A stretch of 63,887 bases of DNA, filler included. It is 6 parts of 6 records of this genome, joined end to end, with 100 filler letters (N's around TTAATTAATTAA, not from the genome) between each part and the next. Parts side by side here need not be neighbours in the genome. Positions count along the whole stretch, not along the records: positions 56,919 to 63,887 come from SRR22947725_472; 5 more parts are not named here. One strand, 5' to 3'. The position numbers and the translations under genes were made by a program. A model generated the notes under the pieces. It was not told the origin of the DNA, made no database searches, and saw only the letters and a list, made by a program, of their open reading frames with translations. Position 1 is the first letter of the stretch. Each line of letters opens with the position of its first letter. Positions 62,872-63,887 of the stretch are shown here, piece after piece.

Positions 62872-63468
62872 TTAGATCCCACCTCGTGCTCGTATCGCTT
62901 CTGCTACTCTATCTGCATCGTCAATTACCGTAATAAAAATTGGAAGAATAATACGCCAATTCGTACGCTTTAAAGCTCTTGCTCGCCAACTTTCTAATAA
63001 TTGTTTTGCGCGCTCTATTAATACCGGTGTAAATCGAATAACCATCCCAAGTGCAAGGCCAATTGATGATGTTTTAACACCAATCAACTTTAATGGATGC
63101 AATATCCATAAAAAAAATTCAATCATATCAGAAAGTTTTGATGTCACAGTTACAAAATTAGCTAAAGCAAACAAAACCAGCAACCTAAGGCATGTAACTG
63201 TTCCAGCTAAATATTCTCCACGAATTAAATGAAAAATCCATATTAGCAAAATCACCCAAATTAATGGGCGGAGTAGAAGAATTCCTTTTCGCAAAGCAAA
63301 GAGTGATACTGAAGAATATAAAAATATTAAGCCGACTAAAAAAACTGATAATAATAACCAATTATTGATAAAAAAAATGATTACAGAAATAAAACTTAAA
63401 GCTGCCAGTTTATATCCAATTTTTAGATTGTGAGCCCAAGAAGGCCCCATAATACTAATAGCTAACAT
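62872..63468 (-). CDS. bioN: ECF transporter T component BioN
   Basis: KL, IRFTPVL and the twin Arg motifs WRAR and IRARGG; start ATG 63468 with GAGG RBS. Confidence 0.9.
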   Translation of the reverse strand: MLAISIMGPSWAHNLKIGYKLAALSFISVIIFFINNWLLLSVFLVGLIFLYSSVSLFALRKGILLLRPLIWVILLIWIFHLIRGEYLAGTVTCLRLLVLFALANFVTVTSKLSDMIEFFLWILHPLKLIGVKTSSIGLALGMVIRFTPVLIERAKQLLESWRARALKRTNWRIILPIFITVIDDADRVAEAIRARGGI

Positions 63469-63887
63469 TTGCACGCCTCTGCATTTCTTCTTCAAAATCA
63501 GGCATGACATTTTCGTAAGAGCCGTCCTTGATTATTTTTCCATTGTCTATCCATAATATACGATCAAAATCTACTAATATATCCTTATTATGAGTAATCA
63601 TTACGATCTGTTGGCTCAATTTATTCAATTCATGTCTCAATTGTAATGAGGTAGGTAAATCAAGCCCAGCATATGGCTCATCTAAAATGATAACGTCAGG
63701 TTTCATCGCTAAAACAGCAATTAAACATAAAAAATGTCTTTGTCCTTGTGATAAATTATGTGCAAGCTGATCTGACCATTTCAATCTATCAAATTGCAAT
63801 AAAATTTCATTAGACCTTTCTTCTGCTTCAATGCGTGTCATTCCTTGTTGCATTAACCCAAAACTAATTTCTTCAATACATGTAGGA
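63455..63887 (-). CDS. bioM: ECF transporter ATPase BioM, 5'-truncated by the window end
   Basis: PTCIEEISFGL, LSQGQ, IILDEPYAGLD, ITH. Confidence 0.9.
   Translation of the reverse strand, partial: PTCIEEISFGLMQQGMTRIEAEERSNEILLQFDRLKWSDQLAHNLSQGQRHFLCLIAVLAMKPDVIILDEPYAGLDLPTSLQLRHELNKLSQQIVMITHNKDILVDFDRILWIDNGKIIKDGSYENVMPDFEEEMQRRANVSY

Overview
This window is not one locus. It is six separate contigs joined by five identical artificial 100-bp spacers (N44-TTAATTAATTAA-N44, a six-frame stop linker), so gene neighbourhoods only mean something within a segment. All segments are AT-rich and densely coding, like streamlined marine bacteria; the taxonomic labels below are inferred from gene order and protein style. 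(1) 1-11669 is gammaproteobacterial, SAR86-like: frameshifted dcd, purN/purM, hda, sppA, wrbA, xseA, ending inside tRNA-Val. (2) 11770-20696 is probably alphaproteobacterial: GST, PQQ sugar dehydrogenase, glk-rraA-phyH, and a PAS-repeat hybrid kinase / receiver / receiver-nucleotide cyclase cassette. (3) 20797-26625 is Pelagibacter-like core: ctaA, rpmG, ihfA, plsX, rpmF (missed by the ORF track), bamE, hppA. (4) 26726-34661 is Pelagibacterales-like: gatB-O-methyltransferase-trhO-peroxiredoxin, a Fe(III) ABC transporter behind two Fur-box-like palindromes, and katG. (5) 34762-56818 is alphaproteobacterial core: orphan bhcC, mfd, recG, hflX, ntrBC-ntrYX, ispDF. (6) 56919-63887 is alphaproteobacterial: tRNA-Gly 3' end, pyrE-GNAT-arsH, and acyl-CoA ligase/thiolase-like genes facing bioMNY. 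No CRISPR array, integrase, transposase or rRNA was seen. Best leads: a possible TrhO + O-methyltransferase tRNA wobble (mo5U34) module; a biotin-transporter-linked ligase plus a thiolase lacking its second catalytic Cys; a cyclase lacking the catalytic Arg in a signalling cassette; and an NtrC with a collapsed AAA+ domain.
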